This document shows positions 8,040 to 17,500 of a stretch of DNA of 64,000 bases, piece by piece; position 1 is the first letter of the stretch, and each line of letters opens with the position of its first letter. The notes under the pieces are model-generated. The model ran no database searches. It worked only from the letters and a program-made list of their open reading frames with translations, and was not told the DNA's origin. The translations under genes and the position numbers were made by a program. The DNA is from Anaerolineae bacterium (GTDB taxonomy: Bacteria; Chloroflexota; Anaerolineae; S140-20), in the NCBI GenBank assembly GCA_027021705.1, contig JALUTT010000164.1:1-64000 (forward strand). The letters run 5' to 3'.

Positions 8040-10481
8040 CTATTCTCCGCCCCCCACCGGCACCAACTGCAACACCCCCTCGGCATCCGCCTCGATGGCC
8101 GATCGCTCCCAGTGCATCGGATGGTACTCTCCATCCCGCCAGAGGGGGATCATATCGGCATAGTGGGGATGGTAGGGATGCCCTGACTGACCGGTGGTGT
8201 GAACGGACAGTGAGGCCTCAAAGTCGCTCAGATCAACGATCTGGCGCATTGAGGGGACCCCGACGACCTCGGCCGGCTCCCGAGCGCTCCAGGAGGTGGC
8301 GTTGACGATGGCCGTACCCCCATCCACCGCCACCGGCCCCCGGTTGAAGAGCCCCTCGATCAGCCGGATGCCCGACTTCCCCAAGGACTGGTTACGGAAG
8401 GTGGCGGTGTGGATCCGCCCCCAGGTCCACCGGTCCATCTTCCCCCCCAGCCTCTCCCGCAGCCATCGGACTCCATCGGCCAGGGCCTGCAGCAGGACCT
8501 CATCCCGCGTCTCCACCCGGTCCGGCGTGGTCACGTTGTCCCACCAGGGGTTGTCGGGCCGCTCCAGCAGGTAACGGATGGCCACCATCTCCTCGTCCCC
8601 GCCTCCCGGCCGCTGGCCCAGCTCGTCGGCAAAGGTGTCCTCCATCAAGAAGGTCCAGAAAGCCGCGTAGATGGCGGCCGGCACGCTCTCCCGACGCATC
8701 TGCAGGTCCCAGTCGGCCAGCCGCTCCAGCGCCTCGGCCAGCTCCGGCTCCTCCGGCTGCAGGCTCAGGAGATAAGGCAACACCTCGCCGGCCGAGAGGT
8801 TGTAGCTGTCGTTCTGGATGCGGGCGAAATCCCGGACCGAGAACTTCTCCTGGGCCATCAGCAGGTCGGTGATCCGCCGTGCCCGGTAGCCGGCAGCCCA
8901 CTCCCGGGCGATCAGGTAGGGGTAGCCCGCGTCCACGATCGCGTTGTTGGCCGTGACGATGAACCCCTCCGGTGGATTGAAGCGGGAGGGCAACTCCTCG
9001 TAGGGAATCGTCCCCACCCACTCGTACTCCCCTGTCCAGCCCGGCACGGGCATGCTCCCATCCCCCTTGGCTCGGATGGGGATGCGCCCCGGCAACTGGT
9101 AGCCGATGTTCCCTTCCACGTCGGCGTAGACGAAGTTCTGGGCAGGCACGTCCCACAAACGCAGGGCCTCCCGGAACTCCTCCCAGTTCTGAGCCCGGTC
9201 CAGGGCCAGCACCGCCTGATGGAGGGTGCCCGGCTCCAGCGCCGTCCAGCGCAAGGCCAGCGGCTGCCAGCCGTAGGCCCACGCCTCGTCGGGGCCGTGA
9301 ACGACGTCGTTGATGATGGGGCCGTGACGGGTCCTGCGCACCTTGATGACCAGGGGCTCCTCCCGGCCCGCCACCTGGATCTCCTCGTAGCGGACCTCCA
9401 TATCCACCCACTCTCCCTGGTACTCGTACTGGTCCGGGTTCTGGGGGTTGATCTTCTCCACGTAGAGGTCCTGCACATCGGGGCCGGCGTTGGTCACCCC
9501 CCAGGCGATCCGCCCGTTGTGGCCGATGATCACGCCGGGCACGCCGGCAAAGGAAAAGCCGACGACGTTGTAGGGGCACCGCTCCCCGCAGTGCAGCCCC
9601 ACCTCATACCAGATGGAAGGCATCTGGATGCTCAGGTGGGGATCGTTAGCCAGCAGGGGCATCCCGGTGACCGACTTCGCGCCCGACACGACCCAATTGT
9701 TGCTGCCGATGCCCATGCCGTGGCCCAGGACCAGCCCCTCACCCAACCGTCGGGCCAGCAGGTCCAGCCCGGCCACATCCTCCCGCCGCCAACTCACCTC
9801 CGAGGGGACGATGACCGGCGAGTCCTCCGGGTAGGGGCGGAGGTAATCGTGGAGGCGGCCAAGGCCCACCTGGGCGATCAGGCGGGCCCGCAGAAGCTCC
9901 ATCTTGCGATTGCCCCCCAGGTCCCAGGCCATCACCTTCCCCCAGGTCAGCGAATCCACCGGCGTCCAGGGCTCCGGCTCGAAGCGGGTGCCGTTGAGGG
10001 CCAGGATGGTGAACTCCAGGCCCAGCCGGCCCCGATGCTCCTCCAGGTAGGCATTCACCCCCTGGGCGTAAGCGTCCAGCGCCGCCCGGGTCTCATCATC
10101 CAGCAGCGCCACCTCGGCTTCGGCCACCTGCCGCCAGCCCAGGGTACGGATGAAGCGGTCCTTCTCCAAAGCATCCTCCCCCAGGATCTCGGCGAGCCGC
10201 CCGCTACCGATCCGCCGCCAGAACTCCATCTGCCAGAAGCGGTCCTGGGCGTGGACATACCCTTGGGCGAAGAAGAGGTCGTGGCTGTTCTGGGCGTAGA
10301 TGTGGGGCACGCCCCAGCGATCGCGGATGATCTCCACCGGCTCGATGAGCCCCGGCACCTCGACGATGCCGTTGGTCTGCGGCCAGGAGCGCCGGATCAC
10401 CGTCCGCCAAGCCAGCCCCACGATCACCAGGACCACCAGCAGGATTCCCAGACCGATGAGAAGCCCCCTAAAGCGCCGCAT
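8040..10481 (-). CDS. Penicillin acylase family (S45) Ntn-hydrolase with N-terminal membrane anchor
   Basis: AAGGAGG RBS before ATG 10481 (MRRFRGLLIGLG). Family motifs present: RDRWGVPHIYA, AQGYVHAQDRFWQM, catalytic GSNNWVV, LANDPHL, TGQSGHP. Confidence 0.93.
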   Translation of the reverse strand: MRRFRGLLIGLGILLVVLVIVGLAWRTVIRRSWPQTNGIVEVPGLIEPVEIIRDRWGVPHIYAQNSHDLFFAQGYVHAQDRFWQMEFWRRIGSGRLAEILGEDALEKDRFIRTLGWRQVAEAEVALLDDETRAALDAYAQGVNAYLEEHRGRLGLEFTILALNGTRFEPEPWTPVDSLTWGKVMAWDLGGNRKMELLRARLIAQVGLGRLHDYLRPYPEDSPVIVPSEVSWRREDVAGLDLLARRLGEGLVLGHGMGIGSNNWVVSGAKSVTGMPLLANDPHLSIQMPSIWYEVGLHCGERCPYNVVGFSFAGVPGVIIGHNGRIAWGVTNAGPDVQDLYVEKINPQNPDQYEYQGEWVDMEVRYEEIQVAGREEPLVIKVRRTRHGPIINDVVHGPDEAWAYGWQPLALRWTALEPGTLHQAVLALDRAQNWEEFREALRLWDVPAQNFVYADVEGNIGYQLPGRIPIRAKGDGSMPVPGWTGEYEWVGTIPYEELPSRFNPPEGFIVTANNAIVDAGYPYLIAREWAAGYRARRITDLLMAQEKFSVRDFARIQNDSYNLSAGEVLPYLLSLQPEEPELAEALERLADWDLQMRRESVPAAIYAAFWTFLMEDTFADELGQRPGGGDEEMVAIRYLLERPDNPWWDNVTTPDRVETRDEVLLQALADGVRWLRERLGGKMDRWTWGRIHTATFRNQSLGKSGIRLIEGLFNRGPVAVDGGTAIVNATSWSAREPAEVVGVPSMRQIVDLSDFEASLSVHTTGQSGHPYHPHYADMIPLWRDGEYHPMHWERSAIEADAEGVLQLVPVGGGE

Positions 10482-10659
10482 CGCTTCCTCCTTGTGCATG
10501 ACGCTTCCGCGCGAGTAACTGTTCACCCTCCCGCAGGTTAGGCACGTTGCCGACGCGAAATCGTGCTTCAAATAGCCCATCGGGGCTGAAAGCGCCCTCG
10601 ACCGGTGACCTGCGGGAGGTAGGCTATAGGTACCCGCGCGATAGGAATGGTGGGCCGAC

Positions 10660-10668
10660 AGTATAGCA
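10660..10668 (-). promoter_or_regulatory. Possible extended -10 (TGCTATACT) for the acylase gene
   Basis: TGnTATACT on the minus strand. A rightward TGGTAGTAT at 10853-10861 could serve the divergent gene. Confidence 0.4.
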
Positions 10669-10710
10669 CAATCTTCGGCGAAAGGCCAGCCGTCAAGCTT
10701 CCTCGTATCG

Positions 10711-10810
10711 CCGGTCTCCGCAGTTTCCCGCAGCACTGCGCAGGATTCTGCAGTTCTCCGAAGTTTTCCGCAGTTTTCTGAAGCTTTCGCCCTTCTCCCG
10801 CAGTCCACTA
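10711..10810. repeat. Degenerate 10-bp-period direct repeat array (consensus ~CAGTTTTCCG)
   Basis: Consecutive 10-mers from 10721: cagtttcccg, cagcactgcg, caggattctg, cagttctccg, aagttttccg, cagttttctg, aagctttcgc, ccttctcccg, cagtccacta. A further cgcagtttttc lies at ~10840. Confidence 0.75.
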
Positions 10811-11109
10811 CACCAACCTGAACAAAATCCGTAGTCCACCGCAGTTTTTCTGTGGTAGTATCGTAGCAGGAGCCCAGGACGGAGGTCTCCGGCGTCACAC
10901 TGTCCTGCTCAACCTCGCGTCCGTCGTCCCCCGCACGTCCCTCCGTCCGTCCGGGCGATGCCGGGCCCATCCTGACAGACATCCTCCGCCTCTCCGCCGC
11001 GAACACCGATGCCGGCCCCGATGATCCAGACGATCTCTCACCTCGCGGGAATCGGCGGGAGCTGAGCGGACCCGCCCTCCACCCGACCCGTCAACAGAGG
11101 GGGCTGAAG

Positions 11110-12672
11110 ATGCCGTACACGGTGTTTTTCTGGCTGGAGAACCTGGCGGCCGGCCTCTTCTTTTGGTTTAGCCTCTACCTCCTCACCCGCGACTTGCCAT
11201 CCCGTCGGGAGGAGAGCCAGTCCCTCTGGCGGTGGCACCTGCCGTCACTGTTGACGAGCACAGCGATGGGACTGGCTGCGCTTTTTATGTTCGGTACGGC
11301 CATCCAAAGCGTTGCGTCCACCGCCGAAGAGTACCTCCTCTGGTATAGAGCATCCTGGTGGGGCGTTCCCATCACCGGTATCCTCTGGCTACAGGTCGTT
11401 GTCTTCTTGGGGGCCGAAGAGGGCCAATGGCGAAGCCCCCCGCTCTGGGAACAGGTGCTCTTTCCCCTCCTTCTACTCTACGCCATCGTCATCGCCTTGG
11501 CCGGCACCTTCACCGAGCTGATCTGGAGCTTCCATCGGGTTCAACCGGGCTCTTCCATTGAACCCTACGTCGTTCCTGCAAACAAGCCGACCTTCTACCT
11601 GTATGGAGTGTACTACCCCAGCACGATGTGGATCAGCACAGCGCTGTTGTTCCGCCTGTACCGAGGGAGCCCGAAGAACTCGCCGTGCCGCCAGGGATTC
11701 AAGTGGTTGTGGCTGGGCAGCTCGCTTGTAGCCGTCGCCATCACGATGCTCATAGTCGCCTATGCCCGACGGTCAGAACCCCTGCCCGAGCAGATCGGCG
11801 ACCTGATGAGCACCGTAGGTTTGCTCCTCATAATGCGCGGCATCGTGATCTACGGGGCGCTGGTGCGGAACCAGATCCTCTGGGAAGATTTCCTCCACGC
11901 CCTCACAGGGACGGCAATCGCCGTCTCCTCCTACCTCCTGGCCTTCCACCTGACCTATTGGATCAGTGGCCGCTCTGTCTCCCCCATCGCCGTCTCCTCG
12001 CTGATCGGCCTGGTGATCCTCACCCACACCCTCTTCGACTGGGGGCGGGTGTTGCTGGACCGGGCGCTCCTCCCCCACTGGCTCGTCGAGTACCGCCGGC
12101 GGCTCACCCGGCTGCAGCGGGAGATCCTGAAGGCCCCCAACCCCCAGCAGGCCCTGAAGACGGCCGAGGCGGAGTTCGCCCAGATCGCCCAGGAGGCCCG
12201 GCGGGTCGCTTCCTACGAGGTGATCCGGCAAGAGATCCATCGTCTCTTCCGCCACGCGACCTTCTGGAAGGACCAAGCCTTGGCCGAGAGCCGGCTCTTC
12301 ACCCTCGCCGTTGTGCAGCGGGAGCTCCAGGCCCTGGCCCGGACCTGGGGAACCTCTCCGATGGGAAACTCCGTGCACGAGCGGGCCGAGGTCCTGCGGG
12401 GCTTCCTGGTCAGGCAGGTGGAGGCGCTCTGTCCCAACACGAGGTCTGGTCCTCCCACTCCTCCTCCCTCGGAGTGGATTGAGTACCTGATTCTCTGTCA
12501 GAAGTACATCGAGGGCCGGAGCCGCCGGGAGGTGGAGGCTTACCTGCGGGGGTTGGGGTTGGCGATCACGGGAGGCACCTACACTCGCTATCTGAAGGCG
12601 GCGCGGGAGCGGCTGGCGAGGGTCATCTGGCAGGCGGAGCTTCAGGCGCGAGAGGGCAACGGCCGAGAATAG
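11110..12672 (+). CDS. Membrane-anchored one-component regulator: multi-TM sensor plus sigma4-like HTH (copy B)
   Basis: 520-aa paralogue of 6143-7699. The N-terminal half is diverged and the C-terminal half is nearly identical. The 5' leaders are homologous. Confidence 0.78.
   Translation: MPYTVFFWLENLAAGLFFWFSLYLLTRDLPSRREESQSLWRWHLPSLLTSTAMGLAALFMFGTAIQSVASTAEEYLLWYRASWWGVPITGILWLQVVVFLGAEEGQWRSPPLWEQVLFPLLLLYAIVIALAGTFTELIWSFHRVQPGSSIEPYVVPANKPTFYLYGVYYPSTMWISTALLFRLYRGSPKNSPCRQGFKWLWLGSSLVAVAITMLIVAYARRSEPLPEQIGDLMSTVGLLLIMRGIVIYGALVRNQILWEDFLHALTGTAIAVSSYLLAFHLTYWISGRSVSPIAVSSLIGLVILTHTLFDWGRVLLDRALLPHWLVEYRRRLTRLQREILKAPNPQQALKTAEAEFAQIAQEARRVASYEVIRQEIHRLFRHATFWKDQALAESRLFTLAVVQRELQALARTWGTSPMGNSVHERAEVLRGFLVRQVEALCPNTRSGPPTPPPSEWIEYLILCQKYIEGRSRREVEAYLRGLGLAITGGTYTRYLKAARERLARVIWQAELQAREGNGRE
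11833..12663. repeat. Inverted repeat arm 2 (partner 6146-6976)
   Basis: Reverse complement of arm 1. Confidence 0.9.
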
Positions 12673-12678
12673 GGCCGT

Positions 12679-12734
12679 TTCGGTCAACCTTTGGTCAAAT
12701 TCGCTTGACTTGGCCCTTTCCAAAACTGTAAACT
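12679..12734 (+). promoter_or_regulatory. Direct repeat TCGGTCAA-N3-TTGGTCAA followed by sigma70-like TTGACT-N18-TAAACT
   Basis: Repeat at 12679-12699, -35 at 12705-12710, -10 at 12729-12734. It faces the long plus-strand gene cluster. Confidence 0.55.
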
Positions 12735-13053
12735 TAGGTGGAAGACCCAACGTCGGGCATCCCAACGCCACTGTCTGTCGTCCTCCGAAATCGCCCACAT
12801 CGTTCTCCGTTCCACTCCTCATCCTTCCCCCCAGGCCCGGCGTGATCAGGCCATACACAGGTTTGGGTTCCGCAGGACTCGTTTCTACGCCCTAGTGCGG
12901 GAAGAACACCTCCTGCCCAGCGTGTGAGAACCCGGTTGGGTTTCATCTTATTCCCACGTTCCGGCAGAGAAAGGGCGGCTCCTACATAGCATATGGGGGC
13001 CAGGCTGAAGCAAAGCCGTGCTCAGATTTATGGGGATGAAAGAGAGGTGAGCT

Positions 13054-13236
13054 ATGCAGAAATTCTCTCAATGCCCTGGTTGCGGGAGAAAACCTTCTCG
13101 AGGAATGTGGTTCCACGTCTATAGATGCTCGAAATGCTTAAGGTACTACTGCTACAATTGCCACGGGAGTAACGGCGGCCGCCAGTGTCCATCATGTGGA
13201 GCAACAGAGAAGATAACAGCAGGAAAATGCGAGTGA
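13054..13236 (+). CDS. Small Cys-rich protein (4 CxxC; double zinc ribbon/RING-like)
   Basis: GAGGTGA RBS. CPGC, CSKC, CYNC and CPSC occur within 60 aa. Confidence 0.75.
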   Translation: MQKFSQCPGCGRKPSRGMWFHVYRCSKCLRYYCYNCHGSNGGRQCPSCGATEKITAGKCE

Positions 13237-13294
13237 ATACCAAGGAGCGTGACACCTAAACCTAGCCCTTGTAGGGGGCAGAAAGGAGTGAAAG

Positions 13295-13552
13295 ATGGGA
13301 TACCGCTACAAGATGGTCCAGCTCCCCCCAACCATCGTGGTCAAAGCCAAGGAAGAGAGAGGTCAGGAGGCCGCCATTTACTTGCAGTCCATTGCCAACG
13401 AGTTGGCTGAACAGGGCTGGGAGTTCTACCGGGTTGACACGGTGGGGGTCGTTACTCAGCCCGGATGTCTTGCCTCCCTCTTCGGTGCGAAGGAGACTTA
13501 CGTCAACTACTACGTGGCCACCTTCCGCAGGGAGGAGCCCAGCCCTGGGTAA
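13295..13552 (+). CDS. DUF4177-like small protein
   Basis: AAGGAG RBS. Pattern YRYKMV...ANELAEQGWEFYRVD...ATFRR. Confidence 0.75.
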   Translation: MGYRYKMVQLPPTIVVKAKEERGQEAAIYLQSIANELAEQGWEFYRVDTVGVVTQPGCLASLFGAKETYVNYYVATFRREEPSPG

Positions 13553-13625
13553 GAAGAGCACTGCAGCACCAATCAGCCCAAGCATCAGCTTGTTGCTGAG
13601 GTGGATGTATGGAAGGAGGTACACG

Positions 13626-14453
13626 ATGGGAGGGACCACGACGGTCTGCCTAAGCCTCAGTTGCCTGGCGGTGCCCATCCTCCTGGGCTTCCTGGGGCTA
13701 ACCGCTTACACCCTGGGCGTAGGGGCCGTCCGCATCCCCGGGGTGAGCCGCCGCGAATACCGTGAAGGCCGGGCCTGGATTGACGTCCCAACCTTCGCCC
13801 GCAGGGCCGGCGAGTTATTGGGCGTCCTCCTGAGCGGACTGGGCACCTTGTTCGGACTCCTCGGCTACCTGCTCCCGTGGGTCGCGCTGAACCTGCGGGT
13901 CTCCGAGGACCTGATGAAGGAGTTGGCCGAGCTGGTTCCCCAGCTCGAGGGACTGGGAGAGGTCACAGGCACCTGGAGTGGGGCCGCCATCGCGCTGCAG
14001 AGCCTGCTCGTCGGCCTGAAACTGCTGGGAGCCGAGTTCCGCGGGGCAGCTCCCATAGCAACCGTGCTGATCCTGCTTTCCTTGGTGCTATGGTTGCTTC
14101 TTCTCCTCCTCATCCTATCCCTCGTTACCAGTGTGGTCATGGTCGTCCGCCCGCTGTGGAAGATCAAGCTCTCGGCCCAGGCAGCGAGCCGCAGCCTGCT
14201 GCTGCTGTTGGGCGCGGCCTTCAGCCTGGGCTGCGCCTTCCTGATCGCCCTGCAGGCCAGCGTGGGGGGCATCAGGGTCAAGATGGCCGGCATCTCCGTC
14301 TCTATGACCCCTGCCGGAGGATTCTGGATCACGATGGGCGGACTGGTTCTAGCACTGACGGGGGTCTTCGTGGCCGGCGTCTTCGCCGGCGCGCTGGAGG
14401 AATGGGCCCAGGCCCTCACAACGCTGCCCACGGAGGGAGAGCCATCAGGATAA
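13626..14453 (+). CDS. Multi-pass membrane protein of unknown function
   Basis: AAGGAGGT RBS before ATG 13626, in frame with the track ORF at 13392. Several hydrophobic helices and an LLPW motif. Confidence 0.8.
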   Translation: MGGTTTVCLSLSCLAVPILLGFLGLTAYTLGVGAVRIPGVSRREYREGRAWIDVPTFARRAGELLGVLLSGLGTLFGLLGYLLPWVALNLRVSEDLMKELAELVPQLEGLGEVTGTWSGAAIALQSLLVGLKLLGAEFRGAAPIATVLILLSLVLWLLLLLLILSLVTSVVMVVRPLWKIKLSAQAASRSLLLLLGAAFSLGCAFLIALQASVGGIRVKMAGISVSMTPAGGFWITMGGLVLALTGVFVAGVFAGALEEWAQALTTLPTEGEPSG

Positions 14454-14520
14454 CCAAGTCCAGCGATGGCAGCCAAATCGCGGAAGAAGAAGCAACGAAT
14501 CGCAGGGATTTTATGAGAAC

Positions 14521-17500
14521 GTGATGCAACGCACCATCCGCTTCTGGAAGGGTCTCGATCCTATCAGCCAACTGCTCCTCGGGTGCAGCGGACTGGCGGT
14601 GCTGCTCTTCTGCGTCCTGGCCGGCCTCGCCCTGGTTGTGCTGGGCCGCTCCTTTCTCGAGGAACAGCCTCCCGAGGCCACGGCCATCGTCGCCCAGAAG
14701 ACCATCCCACCGACCCAACCCTCCGCCCTGCCCCCCACATCCACGCCAACGCCCACCCTCCCGCCGTCGCCCACCCCCACGCCCACGCCCTCTCCAACGC
14801 CGACTTCCCCTCCTCCTACGCTTGTGTGGGAAAGCCGAATCGCTTACACGGCCAACGGCATCTGGGTGACCGACGAGGGAGGAAACGGGCCGGTGCAACT
14901 GGTCCAGGAAGGGAACAACCCCATCTGGCTGGCGGACGGACGGCACGTCGCTTACACCTTCTCAGGAGAGGTCAGGATCGTCCGCCGGGGCGGAGCAGCC
15001 GGGGAGACGGTATGGCGAGCGCCGCTAAATCCCAGGGTTGGCTCCCCTCAGTTTATGCGCCTACGATGGTCCCATGATGGCAGAGGATTCTTCGTCCAAT
15101 GGTTCAGCGGCGCCGGCGCTATCCCTCTTCCAGGATTCCCCTTGACTTACGTGGACCTCTCCACCCTGGAGATGGTGGAGATCGCCTCGGCCGAGGAAGT
15201 AGACCAGTTTGATGTCTCCCCCGTAGATGGCCGGATCGCCTTCGTTGAGATCACCCCCTCGTGGACCACGGCCCTCTCCGTGATGGACGCCGATGGCCGA
15301 AACCGACGCCAGATTTTGGCCTTGCGGGAAGGGGGAGGGATCTCCGAATGGGGTCCGCCGATCCGGGCTCCTGCCTGGTCCCCCGATGGCCGAAAGATCG
15401 CTTTCTACCTCTCGGAGTCAGGCAATCTCTCCGACGAGGCGACCCTCTGCACGATCAACGCCGATGGCAACGATCTCCGCAAACTGCGGCGCGTGCGTCT
15501 GACCGCCCCCGACGTCTCATTCCTCGACTCCTGGATATACAACGGATGGATCGCCTGGTCGCCTGATGGGGAGCGGATCGCCTACGTGGACAACGGCTGG
15601 ATCTGGACCATCCCCGCCGATGGACGCGGGGAGCCCGACCGGCTGGTCCAAGGCTCCACCCCCACCTGGGCCCTGGTCCCGATCACCCTCACGATCCGCC
15701 CCGAGACCCGGCAGCAGGGCGAGACGGCAAAACGGCCCCGAGACCGGGGTGGCGGGTTTGGCGGGGTCAAAGCTGCGCCGGCCGACCGGGGCCGTCCCCT
15801 TCCTGCCCCGGCCCCAGGCCAGCCATTCCAATGGGTGGGGCGCATCGGCGGCACCACCATCGCCGTGGCTGTGCAGGGAGACTACGCCTACATCGGCGAG
15901 GGACCGGGCTTGACCATCCTGAAGGTCTCGGAGCCGGCGCGCCCCCAGGTGGTCGGCAGGACCCCTCCACTGCCTGGCTTCGTGCGGGACGTGGATGTGG
16001 TGGGGGAGTACGCCTACGTTGCAGCCGGCAAGGGGGGCCTGCGGGTGGTGGACATCTCCGACCCGGCCCAACCGACGGAGGTGGGAGCCTCCGCCACGGG
16101 GGGAGATGCCTGGGGCGTGGCTGTGGTCGGGGACTACGCCTACGTGGCCGACCGGAGGGCAGGGCTGCGGGTGGTCCAGGTCTCCGACCCCACCCGCCCC
16201 ACCGAAGTGGGCCTCTACGTGACGCCGGGGCAGGCCAAGGATGTGGCCGTGGCCGGGGACTACGCTTACGTCGCTGCCGACTTCGCCGGCCTGCGGGTGG
16301 TGGAGGTCGCCGATCCCACCCACCCGAAGGAGGTCGGCTTCTACAACACGGGAGGACCGGCGGAGGGGGTGGCCGTGGTCGGCGATCACGCCTACGTCGC
16401 CGCCTCCTGGGCCGGCCTGCGGGTCGTCGAGATCGCCGACCCGCTCCACCCCCGCGAGGTGGGAGCCTACCAGGGAACGGGGTTCATCTGGGGCGTCACC
16501 ATCGCCGGGGACCGCGCCTATCTGGCCACTGCCTGGGACGGGCTGCAGATCGTGGACCTCTCCAACCCGGCGTGGCCCCGGCCCATGGGCACCTACGACA
16601 CCCCGGGGCTCGCCCATCGCGTGGCCCTGGCCGGCGACCGCGCCTTGGTCGCCGATGGGTGGGCCGGCCTGCGGGTGATCCAGGTCGCCGATCCGACCCG
16701 GCCGGCGGAGGTAGGGTTCTACGACGGGCCGGACCGGATCAGTGACGTGGCCGTGGCCGGGAACTATGCCTACGTGGCCGACGAGTATGGGGGTCGCCTC
16801 TGGGTGGTGGACCTCTCCGATCCCGGCCGTCCTGTCGTCGTTGGCTCTGACGACACGCCCCAATACGCCAGGGCCATCGTCCTGGCAGGAGACGACCTCT
16901 ACGTGGCCGATGGGGATGCCGGCCTGCGAGTAGTGGATGTAAGTGATCCGGCCCATCTCAAGGAGGTAGGGCGATCTTCTACGACCGCCCCTGCCTGGAG
17001 GTTGGCCGTGGCGGGAAACTATGCCTACGTCGCTAACGGCTTCTGGAGCCTCCAGGTGATGGACATTGCCAGCCCAGACCATCCTCGCGAGGTAGGCACC
17101 TACGAGACCTTCGACCAGGCCCTGGACGTCGCGGTCCGCGGAAGGTACGCCTACGTGGCGACCGGCTTCTCAGGCTTGCATGTGGTGGACATCTCCAACC
17201 CAACCCGCCCTCGGGCGGTAGGCACCGCCCAGGCAGGAGTGGCCCAAAGCGTGACCGTGGCCGGGGACTACGCCTACGTGGCCGCTCAGGATGGGGGGAT
17301 GTGGATCGTGAACGTCGCCAACCCGGCCCGTCCCCGGCCGGTGGGGTCCTTCGACACGCCGGGTCCTGCCCACGACGTAGCCGTAGTCGGAGGGAGCGCT
17401 TACATCGCCGAGGGGGAGGGGGGCCTGCGGGTGGTGGACGTCTCCAACCCGGCGCGTCCTCGAGAGGTGGGCACCTACGCAGTGGCCGGGGAAGCGGCGC

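Noticed and set aside
8409..10541. Long antisense or alternative-frame ORFs (also 6069-7451, 15517-17082, 40150-41484, 42615-44552, 45490-47169, 49257-50522, 56220-57314, 60066-61295)
   Set aside because: They overlap well-supported genes, show no recognisable domains, and are expected in high-GC DNA.
10660..10696. TTGACG...TATACT as a canonical -35/-10 pair
   Set aside because: The spacer is 25 bp, so only the extended -10 was kept.
10482..11006. N-terminal extensions in track ORFs (8040..11006, 6143..7861, 13392, 24191, 41913, 59937..61316)
   Set aside because: Downstream ATGs have better support (RBS, signal peptide or paralogue start), and the extensions cross promoters or other genes.
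4867..12774. 14-bp match CCCAACGCCACTGT at 4867 and 12761
   Set aside because: Matches of this length are expected by chance in 64 kb of GC-rich DNA.
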